A DNA stretch of 64,000 nucleotides, taken from contig CM060731.1 of the NCBI GenBank assembly GCA_030704615.1, positions 94,178,001-94,242,000 of the forward strand. Direction: 5' to 3'. Under the pieces are notes generated by a model. That model did not search any database. It saw only the letters and a list, made by a program, of their open reading frames with translations, and had not been told where the DNA came from. The position numbers and the translations under genes were made by a program. The DNA is from Takakia lepidozioides. Taxonomy: Eukaryota > Plantae > Bryophyta. Shown here one piece after another: positions 62,801 through 64,000 of the stretch. The first letter of the stretch is position 1, and every line of letters starts with the position of its first letter.

Positions 62801-64000
62801 ATCCGAGCACTGCCACACAAGAGGTGTGGTGTCCAATGGCGACAACTGAGGTGGTTCTGGTGCAATCACCGCACTCTCCTCTTCTCCTGACGGCACGAAG
62901 GCCTCTACCCAAGCTTGTTGTACCCGTCCATCAGCAGCCTGCTGCAAATCCTTGCTCGTACCCCATAATGGAGTGTGAGCAACCATGGCAGGCAACTCCG
63001 CCGTACCATGCATGTCATCCTGCTCTGCTGGAGGGTGCACATCCTGCATGGGCATTGCCTTCCAGCAATTCTCCAGGCCAACTAACTGCAGCTGTAAAGG
63101 CGGCTAGTGTTGACAGCTTGCCCCGCTGGGCAGCCACAATACCCCCAATGAATGTCACAGGGAGTTGTGCACGACGGATCCCCTGACTGCCATCCAGGCC
63201 TGTAGGATGCTGACTCCTCCCAAAAGTCCAGGGTGAAGCCCATGGGATATAACACTGCCCCACCAACAAGGACATCATAAGAGACCGCGTCTGTCACAAT
63301 GGCCTTGGCTCGCATCACTGAGCCATCTACAGGATGATCTGGTTGTAGTCCAATGGCCAACTCACGCCGTGTCATGCCCCGAGCCTGCTCTGATCCTCCC
63401 AGAGATGTCTGTATCTGGAAAGGACAAGGCTCCATATCTGCCTCCATGAGGCCCAAACCTACAATAGCAGCTCTGCCCAACATCAGTGGCTGAGCTCCTG
63501 AGTCCAACAAGACCCGCAGTGGCCAGTACTTCTTGCCTGTCGGTCCACTCAAAGTGAAAATGCCTCCCTGGTTGTCTAACAAGACAACTCCAGGTGTCAC
63601 CATGGCACGCTCAAAGGCTGGCCTAGCTGACAGCTCCGTCAACCTGGCAGCTGCAGCTTGACATGGCGCAGCCGTGGCAGTCTTGACCCTCAAATCCGAG
63701 TATCCCTCTGCCACTACACCTTCCAATAACTCCGCAGAAGATGAAGTGACCTCCCCACTTTCGCAGAGTGTTGCTGCTAGTCTAAACATTGCAGCTGGTC
63801 TTACCCCCGGCGTCACAATCATGGTTGCCAAGAACAGTGGGGCTTGACACACAGAGGTGGCTGCCCCCAATAACACACCGGCTGCACTAGCCTTGGTAGC
63901 AGGTGTCAGTGCTGCACGTGTAGCTCTCCCCAATGGCATAGTAACCTTCGCCTCGGTAACAGTCGGGCGAGAACTAGGTGCCATGGATGGCGTCGACACT

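Larger units (their letters stand above)
58467..64000 (-). mobile_element. Ty3/Gypsy LTR retrotransposon polyprotein: protease - C5 DNA methyltransferase - RT - RNase H - integrase - PHD finger (degenerate; 5' part outside window)
   Basis: VLLDSGA (protease, ~63500); LDLRSGYHQ, LPFGLKNAPAEFQR, CIDD (RT); HTDWSMLGLGAVL...NADGLSR (RNase H); HELGHFG, WSLDFAG, LTDQGREF, GLAE (integrase); Gypsy domain order; several stops and frameshifts. Confidence 0.95.

Overview
Repeat-rich eukaryotic nuclear DNA, most likely from a non-seed land plant (inference from the PLS-type PPR sequence, the DEMETER exon structure and the TE content). There is one intact host gene: a ~20-exon DEMETER/ROS1-family 5-methylcytosine DNA glycosylase (- strand, ~16.2-31.6 kb, ~2,380 aa). 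The rest is mostly mobile DNA: a Ty3/Gypsy RT-RNaseH fragment, a 500-N gap, a near-intact intron-containing Mutator-like transposase (GCM/WRKY-like Zn finger, DDE, SWIM), a higher-order tandem array built from PPR coding sequence and carrying three copies of a tRNA-derived SINE, a non-autonomous MULE (9-bp TSD), hAT MITEs (8-bp TSD), TTAA-flanked piggyBac-like MITEs, Helentron-like inserts and a degenerate pogo/DDE_1 transposase. The most striking item is at 58.4-64 kb: a Ty3/Gypsy polyprotein with a complete DNMT3-like C5 cytosine methyltransferase between protease and RT, and a PHD finger at the integrase C-terminus. All domain calls come from motif recognition by eye, with no database searches. 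Many frameshifts lie in homopolymers and could be assembly errors.
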